Origin: Patescibacteria group bacterium
Lineage (GTDB): Bacteria; Patescibacteriota; Minisyncoccia; Phycocordibacterales; SIBU01
Reading direction: 5' to 3'
DNA: 64,000 bases
Assembly (NCBI GenBank): GCA_038063715.1
Contig: JBBTUO010000007.1
Location: 1,540-65,539, forward strand
The position numbers and the translations under genes are program-made. The notes under the pieces were generated by a model that was given only the letters and a program-made list of their open reading frames with translations, did no database searches and was not told the origin of the DNA. How positions within the stretch are numbered: position 1 is the stretch's first letter; each line of letters begins with the position of its first letter. Below are positions 35,609 to 44,397 of the stretch, in pieces.

Positions 35609-35878
35609 ATGCTTACAAAAACCAAGAAACAGCGAGCTATCAAGGTAGTTGCCATTCATGACAAAGATACAGGCTCATCAGAGGTTCAAATTGCTTTATT
35701 GACCAAGAAAATCGAAGCTCTAGCATCCCATCTCAAGAAAAACGCCAAGGACAAGCACTCACGCCGAGGTCTTCTCTCAATGGTTGCTGATCGCCAAACG
35801 CACATGAAGTATTTGGAGAACAAAAGCTCAAAGCGATACAATTCGGTTGTGAAAAAGCTTGAACTCAAGAAAGTTTAG
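35609..35878 (+). CDS. rpsO: 30S ribosomal protein S15
   Basis: 89 aa, GSSEVQIALLTKKIEALASHLKKNAKDKHSRRGLLSMVADRQTHMKYL, the canonical S15. Confidence 0.9.
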   Translation: MLTKTKKQRAIKVVAIHDKDTGSSEVQIALLTKKIEALASHLKKNAKDKHSRRGLLSMVADRQTHMKYLENKSSKRYNSVVKKLELKKV

Positions 35879-36069
35879 AGTGGATTCAAGATTTTAAAAC
35901 TTTTCCCAGCACCTATTTTGCGGGAAATGACTTGTGATACAATAAAACCAGTGTAAGGTTTAATTTTTTATAATAAATACTATTTCATTTAGGTGAAATA
36001 GGTGCTGGATGATGATTTTGTAAAATTTCATCCTCGCAAAGCTCGATTTCAATTAACAAAATCAATCAT

Positions 36070-36639
36070 ATGGGAGTAATTAAACACAAAGAACAGAGAG
36101 TCGGGATTTTTATAGACACGCAAAATCTTTATCACACAGCACGCAATCTATACAATGCGCGAGTTAATTTCGGCCAAGTAGTCAAAGATGCTCTAGCGGG
36201 GCGCGCACTCATTCGAGCCGTCGCGTATGTAATCACGACAGAATCAGGAGATGAAAAAGGCTTTTTCGACGCACTTGAGAAAGTAGGGATCGAAGCAAAA
36301 ACCAAAGATTTACAGATTTTTGCCGGCGGTGCTAAAAAAGCCGACTGGGATGTAGGGCTTGCGGTGGATGCTATCAAACTCGCGCCAAAACTCGACGCGG
36401 TTATTTTAATATCAGGAGACGGCGACTTCGTACCGCTCGTTGAATACTTACAAGTACATGAAGGATGTCAGGTGGAGGTGGTCACATTCGGTAAATCAGC
36501 GTCGGGCCGCCTGAAAGAAGCGGCCGATGAATTTATTGACTTGGACGAAAATCCTCGCAAATATTTGATGGGCGGAGTAAACCAGAGAAGGGAACGCTCG
36601 ACACCTCGTCCAGCATCACGCCCAATCGCAAACGAATAA
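36070..36639 (+). CDS. NYN-domain (LabA/YacP-like) protein
   Basis: VGIFIDTQNL...ILISGDGDFVPLVEYLQ is the NYN/LabA signature. Confidence 0.75.
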   Translation: MGVIKHKEQRVGIFIDTQNLYHTARNLYNARVNFGQVVKDALAGRALIRAVAYVITTESGDEKGFFDALEKVGIEAKTKDLQIFAGGAKKADWDVGLAVDAIKLAPKLDAVILISGDGDFVPLVEYLQVHEGCQVEVVTFGKSASGRLKEAADEFIDLDENPRKYLMGGVNQRRERSTPRPASRPIANE

Positions 36640-36673
36640 AACTCGCTCGCAACACTTCCCAAGAACACGGATA

Positions 36674-36697
36674 ACCCCCGCCAGCGCGGGGTTTTCC
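36674..36697 (+). terminator. Rho-independent terminator after the NYN gene
   Basis: CCCCGC-cagc-GCGGGG followed by TTTT. Confidence 0.6.
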
Positions 36698-36917
36698 TAT
36701 GCTCGTTTCGCCACAGTCAAGAGCCTTTCGCGAATACACTCAAGGTCATTGACTGACCAGCTGGCTCAACTCCGCAATGTTCATGGGAAGTGTTGCTCGC
36801 TCGACGATGAAAGAGGGAAAACGAGCGCAAGCCTTTTCCAAAACAACGCTCGCTCGTTAAGGAAAGAAAAAAGCCCCGACAAACTCGGGGCTTTAGACAT
36901 TGTGCGATCTATTTTTG

Positions 36918-37271
36918 TCAATACAGAGAATCTCTTTGATAGGCCGTCACAACATCCGGGTGCAGAGCGATCGAAAAAAGGTTCAAGCAAGGGGGGTTTT
37001 GACAATTAATCACACCGACACCCGCCACATTAGGATCGCCTCGGCGGATTGTGCTGTCAAAACCAACCAGCGCGCCTCGCCAGATGGTAGCCGCAGGTCG
37101 CTTAGTGTCACCGAAACAGAAAAAAGAAAAGTTTTTGCAATGTGGACACAAAAACCCGTGTTCATCGGCGCAGGGCATTTCTGGAGTCGGATGTATGCCC
37201 CAACTAGACCAATGGATCGGCTCTGATCTGACAGGGCTGAGGATTAACGATGAAGATGCTGCGTTTCGCAT
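36918..37271 (-). CDS. Possible Cys-rich small protein (very uncertain)
   Basis: 117-aa ORF with 7 Cys, in a GC-rich unassigned region. A hairpin plus T-run on the minus strand lies immediately downstream (plus coordinates 36862-36892). A competing plus-strand ORF sits at 36900..37226. Confidence 0.2.
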   Translation of the reverse strand: MRNAASSSLILSPVRSEPIHWSSWGIHPTPEMPCADEHGFLCPHCKNFSFFCFGDTKRPAATIWRGALVGFDSTIRRGDPNVAGVGVINCQNPPCLNLFSIALHPDVVTAYQRDSLY

Positions 37272-37516
37272 AATTGAAAAGTTTTGAAGTGAACAAATTT
37301 AAAACCAAAACCACAATCAGTATGTTCATAAAGCCGATTTTTGTCAAAGTGGCCGATGTTTGGAATTTTTGCTACACTGGGCAACATTACAAGCCTGTAG
37401 CTTTGGATAGGTAGGCCTGAACAATCGTTCAAGTCTAAAATCTGAAGCTACTTTAAAATTGGATGGACGAGTATTCGTAGCAATTCGTATATTCGTACAC
37501 ATTCGTATATTTGTAT

Positions 37517-39634
37517 ATGCGCAAGCAAGAATACTCGATTGAACTTGGCGGGAAAACTTTAACAGCAACCTTTAGCGACCTAGCCGAGCAAGCCAACGGC
37601 TCAGTGCTTATTCGCTATGGCAACACTGTTTTCCTTGCCACGGCAGTGATGTCGAAAGGGCAAAAGGACGGAGACTGGTTTCCACTCACTGTGGACTACG
37701 AAGAGCGTTTTTACGCAAGCGGAAAAATTCTTGGTAGCAGATTTGTGCGACGCGAAGGACGACCGAGCGAAGAGGCGATTTTGTCCGGTAGAATTGTGGA
37801 CCGAACCATTCGTCCACTTTTCGATCAACACATCAGATACGAAGTACAGGTGGTAATCACGGTGCTTGCCGTAGACGAGGACGACCCAGATGTTTTGGGC
37901 GTCATCGGCGCCTCTCTTGCACTTGGAACCTCAAATATTCCTTGGAATGGCCCTGTTTCAGCGGTACGAATTGGAATGGAAAAAGGTAAAGATGGTTTCA
38001 TAATTAATCCGACCTACAAGGTGCGTGATGGCGCCGATTACTGCGCGGATATTCTTGCTTGTGGAAAAGATGGGCACATCAATATGATTGAGGTTGGTGG
38101 AAAAGAAGTTCCAGAAAAAACCCTCATGGCTGGACTTAAAAAAGCCTCGGAGGAAATAGAAAAATTGCAGGAATTCCAGAAAAAAATTATTGCTGAAATT
38201 GGTGTCACCAAAAAAGAGGTGCCTGTGCCTGAAATGCCTAAAGAACTTGTATCCCTTTTCAACGAGCACATTGAGAAAAAATTACCTGAATCAGTGATGT
38301 CGGGCAAACCGGGACATGACGCGATTTACGAAATAAAAGGGGAGTGGATGGAGTTGTTCAAGGCTACTTTTCCTGAAATAAAAGCAGCTTTTGCCGACTC
38401 ATATTTTGAAGAAAAGGTGAATGAAATAATTCACAGAGAAGCTGTGGAAAATGGAAAAAGACCAGACAGTAGAGGGATGGATCAGTTACGACCGCTATTT
38501 GCACAGGCAGGTGGCATTTCACCTATACTTCACGGCTCTGGAATTTTCTATCGTGGAGGAACACATATTTTTTCCGCGCTGACTTTGGGAGGCCCTGGAG
38601 AATCACAGGTGGTGGAAGGGATGGAATTTCAAACAAAAAAGCGATTCATGCATCACTACAATTTTCCTCCGTTCTCGTCTGGAGAAACAGGGAGAATTGG
38701 TTCGACCAACAGACGAATGATCGGCCACGGCGCACTTGCGGAAAAAGCATTATCGGCTGTTTTGCCACCAAAAGAAACTTTCCCATACACTATTCGTCTA
38801 GTGTCAGAAGCGTTCGCGTCCAACGGCTCGACCTCGATGGGTTCGGTCTGCGGTTCTACTATCGCAATGATGGATGGAGGAATTCCAATTACCGCGCCAG
38901 TTGCCGGTATCGCGTCCGGACTCATGATGAAGAATGAAAAAGAATACAAGGTGCTCACTGACATTCAGGGGCCAGAGGACCATCATGGTGACATGGATTT
39001 TAAAGTTGCTGGTACGACAGCGGGGGTTACTGCAGTGCAAATGGATGTGAAAGTTGGAGGTATTCCACTGCATATTCTTGAGGAAGCATTTGAAAAGGCG
39101 AAACAAGCCCGGCTTCAAATTCTCGAGGTGATTACAAAAGAAATTGCACAACCTCGCGCTGACATTTCACCAAACGCACCGAAAATTTTGGTTATAAAAA
39201 TCAACCCAGACCAAATTGGTCTTGTTATCGGAAGCGGCGGCAAAACCATAAATGAAATCCGAGATACAACGGGGGTTACCGGAATTGATATCGAGGAGGA
39301 TGGTACCGTCTTCATCACTGGTAAAGACGGAAGCGCGGAAGCGGCGAAGAAAATTATTGAGGACATGACTCGAGAATACAAACCTGGTGAAAAATTTATT
39401 GGTACTGTTGTAAAAATTGCCGAGTTCGGAGCATTTGTTTCAATCAGTCCAAACGCTGACGGACTCGTTCATGTTTCAGAAATGGCAAACTTTAGAATTG
39501 ATCGAGTAGAAATGTACCTTAAGGTGGGCGACAAAGTGCCAGTGGTAGTAAAAGAAATAGATAAAGAGAAGGGGCGGATTAAATTGTCAATAAAGGACGC
39601 TGATCCTGATTTCATTAAGCGCAAAGCCGCTTAA
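37517..39634 (+). CDS. pnp: Polyribonucleotide nucleotidyltransferase (PNPase)
   Basis: Two RNase PH domains, KH (GSGGKTINEIRD) and S1 (GTVVKIAEFGAFVSI). The ORF track starts at a TTG (37511); the ATG at 37517 is more likely. Confidence 0.92.
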   Translation: MRKQEYSIELGGKTLTATFSDLAEQANGSVLIRYGNTVFLATAVMSKGQKDGDWFPLTVDYEERFYASGKILGSRFVRREGRPSEEAILSGRIVDRTIRPLFDQHIRYEVQVVITVLAVDEDDPDVLGVIGASLALGTSNIPWNGPVSAVRIGMEKGKDGFIINPTYKVRDGADYCADILACGKDGHINMIEVGGKEVPEKTLMAGLKKASEEIEKLQEFQKKIIAEIGVTKKEVPVPEMPKELVSLFNEHIEKKLPESVMSGKPGHDAIYEIKGEWMELFKATFPEIKAAFADSYFEEKVNEIIHREAVENGKRPDSRGMDQLRPLFAQAGGISPILHGSGIFYRGGTHIFSALTLGGPGESQVVEGMEFQTKKRFMHHYNFPPFSSGETGRIGSTNRRMIGHGALAEKALSAVLPPKETFPYTIRLVSEAFASNGSTSMGSVCGSTIAMMDGGIPITAPVAGIASGLMMKNEKEYKVLTDIQGPEDHHGDMDFKVAGTTAGVTAVQMDVKVGGIPLHILEEAFEKAKQARLQILEVITKEIAQPRADISPNAPKILVIKINPDQIGLVIGSGGKTINEIRDTTGVTGIDIEEDGTVFITGKDGSAEAAKKIIEDMTREYKPGEKFIGTVVKIAEFGAFVSISPNADGLVHVSEMANFRIDRVEMYLKVGDKVPVVVKEIDKEKGRIKLSIKDADPDFIKRKAA

Positions 39635-39639
39635 TGAAA

Positions 39640-39725
39640 TAATTTCTAAATTATAATTTCTAATTTCTAAAAACCCTAGGATCATTTGGAAATTTCATTA
39701 GATATTAGGACTTAGAAAGTAGAAA
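39640..39725. repeat. AT-rich intergenic element with inverted termini (AATTTCTAAATTATAATTTCTAATTTCTAAA ... TTAGAAAGTAGAAATTTAT)
   Basis: The left 30 nt is identical to the copy at 41072-41105. Right halves are similar. Related copies at ~4335-4420, ~46370-46410, ~57215-57300 and ~9140-9180. Confidence 0.7.
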
Positions 39726-39773
39726 TTTATTTTGAAACTTGGCTCAAGCGAATTTATTTGCGACAATGTAACT

Positions 39774-40670
39774 ATGCCAGACAGCCAAGAAACACAAGAC
39801 TCGGCGCCCAAGCCTCTTCGCACATATCAAAGCGACGTTGAAGCGATCCTAAAAGAAGGTGACGGATCATTTGCAAAAATCGCAATCGCTGAAAGCGAAC
39901 GCCAAGCTCGTGGTGGTTTTGCCCCGGAGGAAGTGGCGACGCCAAACCATAATCGCCTCATCGTTGGGATAAGTGTTACGCTTATTGTTATAAGTATTGG
40001 AGTACTGTCGGGGCTATATTTTTTTAGGGACGCTTCAAAAAATCCTGTAGAAATCTCTGGACCAAAACCATTGATCGTAACTGATGCACAAAAAAATTTA
40101 AATATCGCTTTCCTTACTCGTGACCAAATTATTAATACACTTATACGAGAGCGGGATAGCAACAGTGCAACTCTATCATCAATAGTTGGTATTCAATTAA
40201 ATGAGGGGGCGGGGGAAACTGCCAAGGCTGTGACCACTAAACAATTTTTAGAAGCGCTAAACATTGAGGCACCAGAGGAACTCGCTAGAACACTGAATGA
40301 TAATTTTATGCTCGGAATCTACGCGCTAAACAGGAATCAACCTTTTCTAATATTGAAAACCAGTTATTACCAAAACGCCTTCGCGGGAATGCTCGAATGG
40401 GAAAAAACCTTGCGGGCTGACATCGGCTCTATTTTTATAGTCCCTGAACCGGCAGCCTTCGCGTCCACCAGTGATCAAATCACCAGCAGAAGTAATTTAT
40501 TTGAGGATGTCGTAGTAAAAAACAGGGATTCCAGAGCTATTCGCGGGGAAAGCGGAAAAATAATTTTCCTATATTCTTTTGCTGACAAAGAGACGATAAT
40601 TTTTACCACAAACGCAGACGCCCTAGAAAAAGTGGCGGCACAGCTCTTAGCGGGTAAACTAGTACAATAA
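39774..40670 (+). CDS. Hypothetical single-pass membrane protein
   Basis: One TM (LIVGISVTLIVISIGVLSGLYFF) after a hydrophilic N-terminus. The ATG at 39774 is the likely start; the ORF track begins at a TTG at 39732. Confidence 0.4.
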   Translation: MPDSQETQDSAPKPLRTYQSDVEAILKEGDGSFAKIAIAESERQARGGFAPEEVATPNHNRLIVGISVTLIVISIGVLSGLYFFRDASKNPVEISGPKPLIVTDAQKNLNIAFLTRDQIINTLIRERDSNSATLSSIVGIQLNEGAGETAKAVTTKQFLEALNIEAPEELARTLNDNFMLGIYALNRNQPFLILKTSYYQNAFAGMLEWEKTLRADIGSIFIVPEPAAFASTSDQITSRSNLFEDVVVKNRDSRAIRGESGKIIFLYSFADKETIIFTTNADALEKVAAQLLAGKLVQ

Positions 40671-40694
40671 AAAGAAAGTTGATATGATGTAATT

Positions 40695-41057
40695 ATGGAA
40701 AATACACATATAAAACATTTCGAAGGGCTCCTAAAAAATGAACTGTCGATCTTGGAGCAAGAACTAAAGAGCATTGGCCAAAGGAACCCCAGGAACCCAG
40801 CTGATTGGGAGGCGAAACCAGATCTAATGGACACCATGCCTGCCGATTCAAATGAAGTAGCAGACAGCATTGAATCATACGAAGAAAATACTGGCATACT
40901 AAAGCAACTTGAAATTCGTTTTAACGAAGTAAAAAAAGCACTCGAAAGAACAAAAAATGGAACGTACGGTCTCTGCGAAGTGGACCGGGAGCCAATTGAA
41001 ACAAAAAGACTCGAGGCTAATCCTGCGGCTACTACATGTACTAAGCATATGAAATAA
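40695..41057 (+). CDS. DksA/TraR-family C4 zinc-finger protein
   Basis: A coiled-coil N-terminal part, then C-terminal Cys pairs (GLCEVDREPI...TTCTKH). 120 aa. Confidence 0.55.
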   Translation: MENTHIKHFEGLLKNELSILEQELKSIGQRNPRNPADWEAKPDLMDTMPADSNEVADSIESYEENTGILKQLEIRFNEVKKALERTKNGTYGLCEVDREPIETKRLEANPAATTCTKHMK

Positions 41058-41069
41058 AGTTTTCAAAAA

Positions 41070-41155
41070 CTTTATTAATTTCTAAATTATAATTTCTAAT
41101 TTCTAAACCGGAGTCAAATTCGAATTTTATTAGACATTAGTAATTAGAAATTTAT
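41070..41155. repeat. AT-rich intergenic element, copy near-identical to 39640-39725
   Basis: ATTAATTTCTAAATTATAATTTCTAATTTCTAAA...TATTAGACATTAGTAATTAGAAATTTAT. Confidence 0.7.
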
Positions 41156-41158
41156 CCC

Positions 41159-42709
41159 ATGTCTTTTTCAAAAGTCTACAGCGCCCAAACCACACTCTTA
41201 TCGGCGCAAATTATTACCGTTGAAGTAGATCTATCAAAAGGTCTACATTCTTTTTCGATAGTTGGGCTTCCAGACAAGGGGGTGGAAGAATCGCGTGATC
41301 GGGTGTCGGCCGCTATCAAAAACTCCGGGCTACAGTCTCCGAAACAAAAGAATCAGAAAATAACTGTTTCACTAGCTCCCGCTGACGTCAAAAAGGAGGG
41401 GCCGATTTTTGATTTAGCAATTGCGCTCGCCTACATACATGCCACTGAAGAGAATCGTTTTGAGGCTGAGGGGAAAATTTTTCTCGGAGAGCTCTCACTT
41501 GATGGAAAATTACGAAGAATAAATGGTGTGCTTCCTCTAGCCCGTCGTGCACGAGATGCCGGTTTCACAGAAATATACGTTCCGGAGGAAAATGCTCGTG
41601 AGGCCGCCCTGATAGAGGGAATAAAAGTTTTTGGTGTTAAAAGTCTTGAACAAGTATTGAACCATCTCGAAACACAAGCGCAACCTGACCATGTCGGTAA
41701 AATGATAGCGCATCAAGAAAAAACAGCTCCAAGCAAAAAATCAGAATCATACGAAGTAGATTTTTCAGATATAAAAGGTCAGGAGACGGCAAAAAGAGGG
41801 TTGGAAATTGCTGCGGCTGGTGGGCACAATATCGCAATGTTCGGACCACCGGGCACCGGCAAGACAATGCTTGCCAAAGCCTTCCGTCACATTATGCCGC
41901 CACTTTCTTTTGAAAAAATTCTTGATGTGACGGCAATACATTCCGTTGCCGGGATTCTAAAAGGGGATATGCTCGCTGAACCACCACTTCGATCACCTCA
42001 CCACACAGCGTCCTATGTTTCACTTGTTGGAGGAGGAACTATACCGAAACCAGGAGAGGTTACTTTGGCTCACCATGGCATATTATTTTTAGATGAATTC
42101 GCAGAATTCGAGCGACGAGCGATTGATGCTTTGCGCGAACCACTTGAGGAGCGAGTGATGAGTGTGTCTCGAGCACGCGGGACAGTACAATTTCCAGCAC
42201 GATTTACTTTGATTGCCGCCATGAATCCGTGTCCTTGTGGTAACCACGGCTCAACTGAAAAACACTGCGTGTGCAGTCCGATAATACTGAAACGATACAA
42301 AGATAAAATTTCTGGACCAATTATCGATCGAATCGACATCTGGCTTGAAGTGCCAAGAATTTCGCATCAAACTTTGTCGGCCAAATCTGGAATTGAAACC
42401 ACAGATGAGGTACGAAAACGAGTCATCAAAGCCAGAGAGATTCAAGAAAAAAGATTTAAAAATCATAAGCGCGCAATTGATACCAACAGCGACATGAATG
42501 CGCGTGACATCAGCAACTTGATCGGGCTCGATGAAAAAGTTACAAAAACTTTAAATACATCGGCCGAACGCCTCGGACTGTCCGGCCGAGCCTATCACCG
42601 TGTCATCAAGCTCGCCCGCACCATCGCCGACCTCGACGGCGCGGAAAATATAAATGAGTCTCATGTACTAGAAGCGATTCAATATCGTCCAAGGCAGTTG
42701 ACACAGTAG
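41159..42709 (+). CDS. comM: YifB/ComM-family Mg-chelatase-like AAA+ ATPase
   Basis: N-terminal Lon-protease-like/ChlI architecture. Walker A GPPGTGKTM. Downstream C4 zinc motif (CPCGNHGSTEKHCVC). 516 aa. Confidence 0.85.
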   Translation: MSFSKVYSAQTTLLSAQIITVEVDLSKGLHSFSIVGLPDKGVEESRDRVSAAIKNSGLQSPKQKNQKITVSLAPADVKKEGPIFDLAIALAYIHATEENRFEAEGKIFLGELSLDGKLRRINGVLPLARRARDAGFTEIYVPEENAREAALIEGIKVFGVKSLEQVLNHLETQAQPDHVGKMIAHQEKTAPSKKSESYEVDFSDIKGQETAKRGLEIAAAGGHNIAMFGPPGTGKTMLAKAFRHIMPPLSFEKILDVTAIHSVAGILKGDMLAEPPLRSPHHTASYVSLVGGGTIPKPGEVTLAHHGILFLDEFAEFERRAIDALREPLEERVMSVSRARGTVQFPARFTLIAAMNPCPCGNHGSTEKHCVCSPIILKRYKDKISGPIIDRIDIWLEVPRISHQTLSAKSGIETTDEVRKRVIKAREIQEKRFKNHKRAIDTNSDMNARDISNLIGLDEKVTKTLNTSAERLGLSGRAYHRVIKLARTIADLDGAENINESHVLEAIQYRPRQLTQ

Positions 42710-42724
42710 TGCAGGTTGCTGAAT

Positions 42725-42815
42725 CAAAATGGGTTTACGTCGCGCTGCGGCAACAGAGGAGGCGCGACGTCCTCAATTGTTGCAACCGCGGAGTACCGTG
42801 GGCAAAATTGGGAAC
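42725..42815 (-). repeat. ~85-bp double-hairpin repeat, copy D (reverse orientation)
   Basis: The reverse complement is GTTCCCAATTTTGCCCACGGTACTCCGCGGTTGCAACAATTGAGGACGTCGCGCCTCCTCTGTTGCCGCAGCGCGACGTAAACCC, about 90% identical to copy B. Confidence 0.8.
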
Positions 42816-42903
42816 AAAAACCGCCCGGCTTTCGGGGGTTTTATTCTTAAATCCTAAATCTAAAATCTTGAATCCGAATCCGTTTTAGTACACCCTTGGC
42901 GTA

Positions 42904-43896
42904 CTAAAACGGATTCTTGGCTCCTCGAACCTCAAAGTGTAAGTGCGCCCCCGTCGACTTACCCGTAGAACCAACGTAACCGATTACCTGACCTTGGAAA
43001 ACATCCTGACCCTGATTCGCAATATTTGCGCTCATATGAGAATAAAGAGTTTGAGTTCCATTTGGATGCGCAATAACGACATACTCTCCGTAACCACCGT
43101 TCCAGCCATAATTTTTACTTACAATGACAGTACCCGCGGCAGCGGCCATAATCGGAGTACCATTTGGCGCGCCGAGGTCAATTCCGTTGTAACCATGTAG
43201 ACCCTGTGTTCTAACATAAGCCGCGAGAGGCGCTCGATAATAACCTGAATAATTTGGACCTCCCGCTCCTCGAAGCTTGCTCGTCGGCTGAGAAACTTTC
43301 GGAGTAGCAATTTCTCCATCGGGAATAATGAGGGTGCTACCGACAGCCAAAGGTGAATCGGCTTTCAAAGCATTGAACTGAATGATTTCATTTGCATCAG
43401 CCTTGTACTTGATGGCAATAGTCTTAATAGTATCCCCAGTCTTAACTGTGTACTGTAAACCCGAAATAGGGAGGATAACGAGCTGATCACCTGGTCGCAA
43501 AGTGCTTGCGCTCACGTCATTGGCCCACATCACCGTACTAACCGAAACACCGAACATCTTGGCAATCTGAGAAAGAGTGTCGCCTTTGCGTACTACATAG
43601 ATACTAATCTGATCTGAGTGGCTTTCTTCAATATCAACCATAGTACCGGAAGGTCCTGATTCAGGAAGAAGGGCACTGTCAGCAACAACAGTAATATCAC
43701 CCCCACCTTTGGCCAAAATTTTGTTAGGGTTTAGAGTTGCCTGGGGTAGAACAATATTTTGAGATGTAACTACAGAAGCCACCTGTGCAGCCTCAACCTT
43801 GCCCAAAAACAAGCCAGACATCACCGATAAAATGCTAGCCTGAGCAAGGGAAGGCATGGTAAGTGTAACCACAGCAATTAGGAGCCTTGTATACAA
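42904..43896 (-). CDS. M23-family metallopeptidase with two LysM domains
   Basis: LysM repeats (YVVRKGDTLSQIAKMFGVSVSTVMWAN, YTVKTGDTIKTIAIKYKADANEII). M23 motifs (HGYNGIDLGAP..., GSTGKSTGAHLHFEV). Confidence 0.8.
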   Translation of the reverse strand: MYTRLLIAVVTLTMPSLAQASILSVMSGLFLGKVEAAQVASVVTSQNIVLPQATLNPNKILAKGGGDITVVADSALLPESGPSGTMVDIEESHSDQISIYVVRKGDTLSQIAKMFGVSVSTVMWANDVSASTLRPGDQLVILPISGLQYTVKTGDTIKTIAIKYKADANEIIQFNALKADSPLAVGSTLIIPDGEIATPKVSQPTSKLRGAGGPNYSGYYRAPLAAYVRTQGLHGYNGIDLGAPNGTPIMAAAAGTVIVSKNYGWNGGYGEYVVIAHPNGTQTLYSHMSANIANQGQDVFQGQVIGYVGSTGKSTGAHLHFEVRGAKNPF

Positions 43897-44397
43897 AAGG
43901 CTCCTAATTGAGGATTTTATGGCCTTGTTGAGCCTTTTTTTGGATTTAGGCCAACAAGATATGAGAATGTCTTTTAAAATAAGCCTATATTCTTAGCTAT
44001 TCTGCCGGTCATTCGGTAAAGTGGCTCTGTGAAGCCATATAAGGAAAATCACTCTTGCCTCTCTATACCTTTTATTATAGTCTTTCCTACCCTGAAGTCA
44101 ACCTTTTAAATTACTCCTGTGGATAAGAATTGCTCGGTTAATTTCCTTCGCTGAAGCGCTTCGCAAGCTTGAAAATTGTGTCGGTTCGCTTGCGGTAAAT
44201 TAAAAACTCCTCAAAGATTCGTCAAACAGTTTAATTTACTGGCTCACCTCGTAATTTTCTAAACTTGCTACGCTAACCTGCTCAGTAAATCAACCTCGCT
44301 TACGACAACTCCCTAAAATTCAGAAATTTTATGGAGTTGTAGGTCATGAGACCTTTAATAGTTTCGTTTAATTCGTATTTTCGTATATTATTCCTGC

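Noticed and set aside
42872-42912. Inverted repeat CCGTTTTAGTAC-acccttggc-GTACTAAAACGG at the 3' end of the M23 peptidase gene as a terminator
   Set aside because: The hairpin overlaps the stop codon and is not followed by a U-run on the minus strand. It is noted only as a possible RNA-stability or regulatory hairpin.
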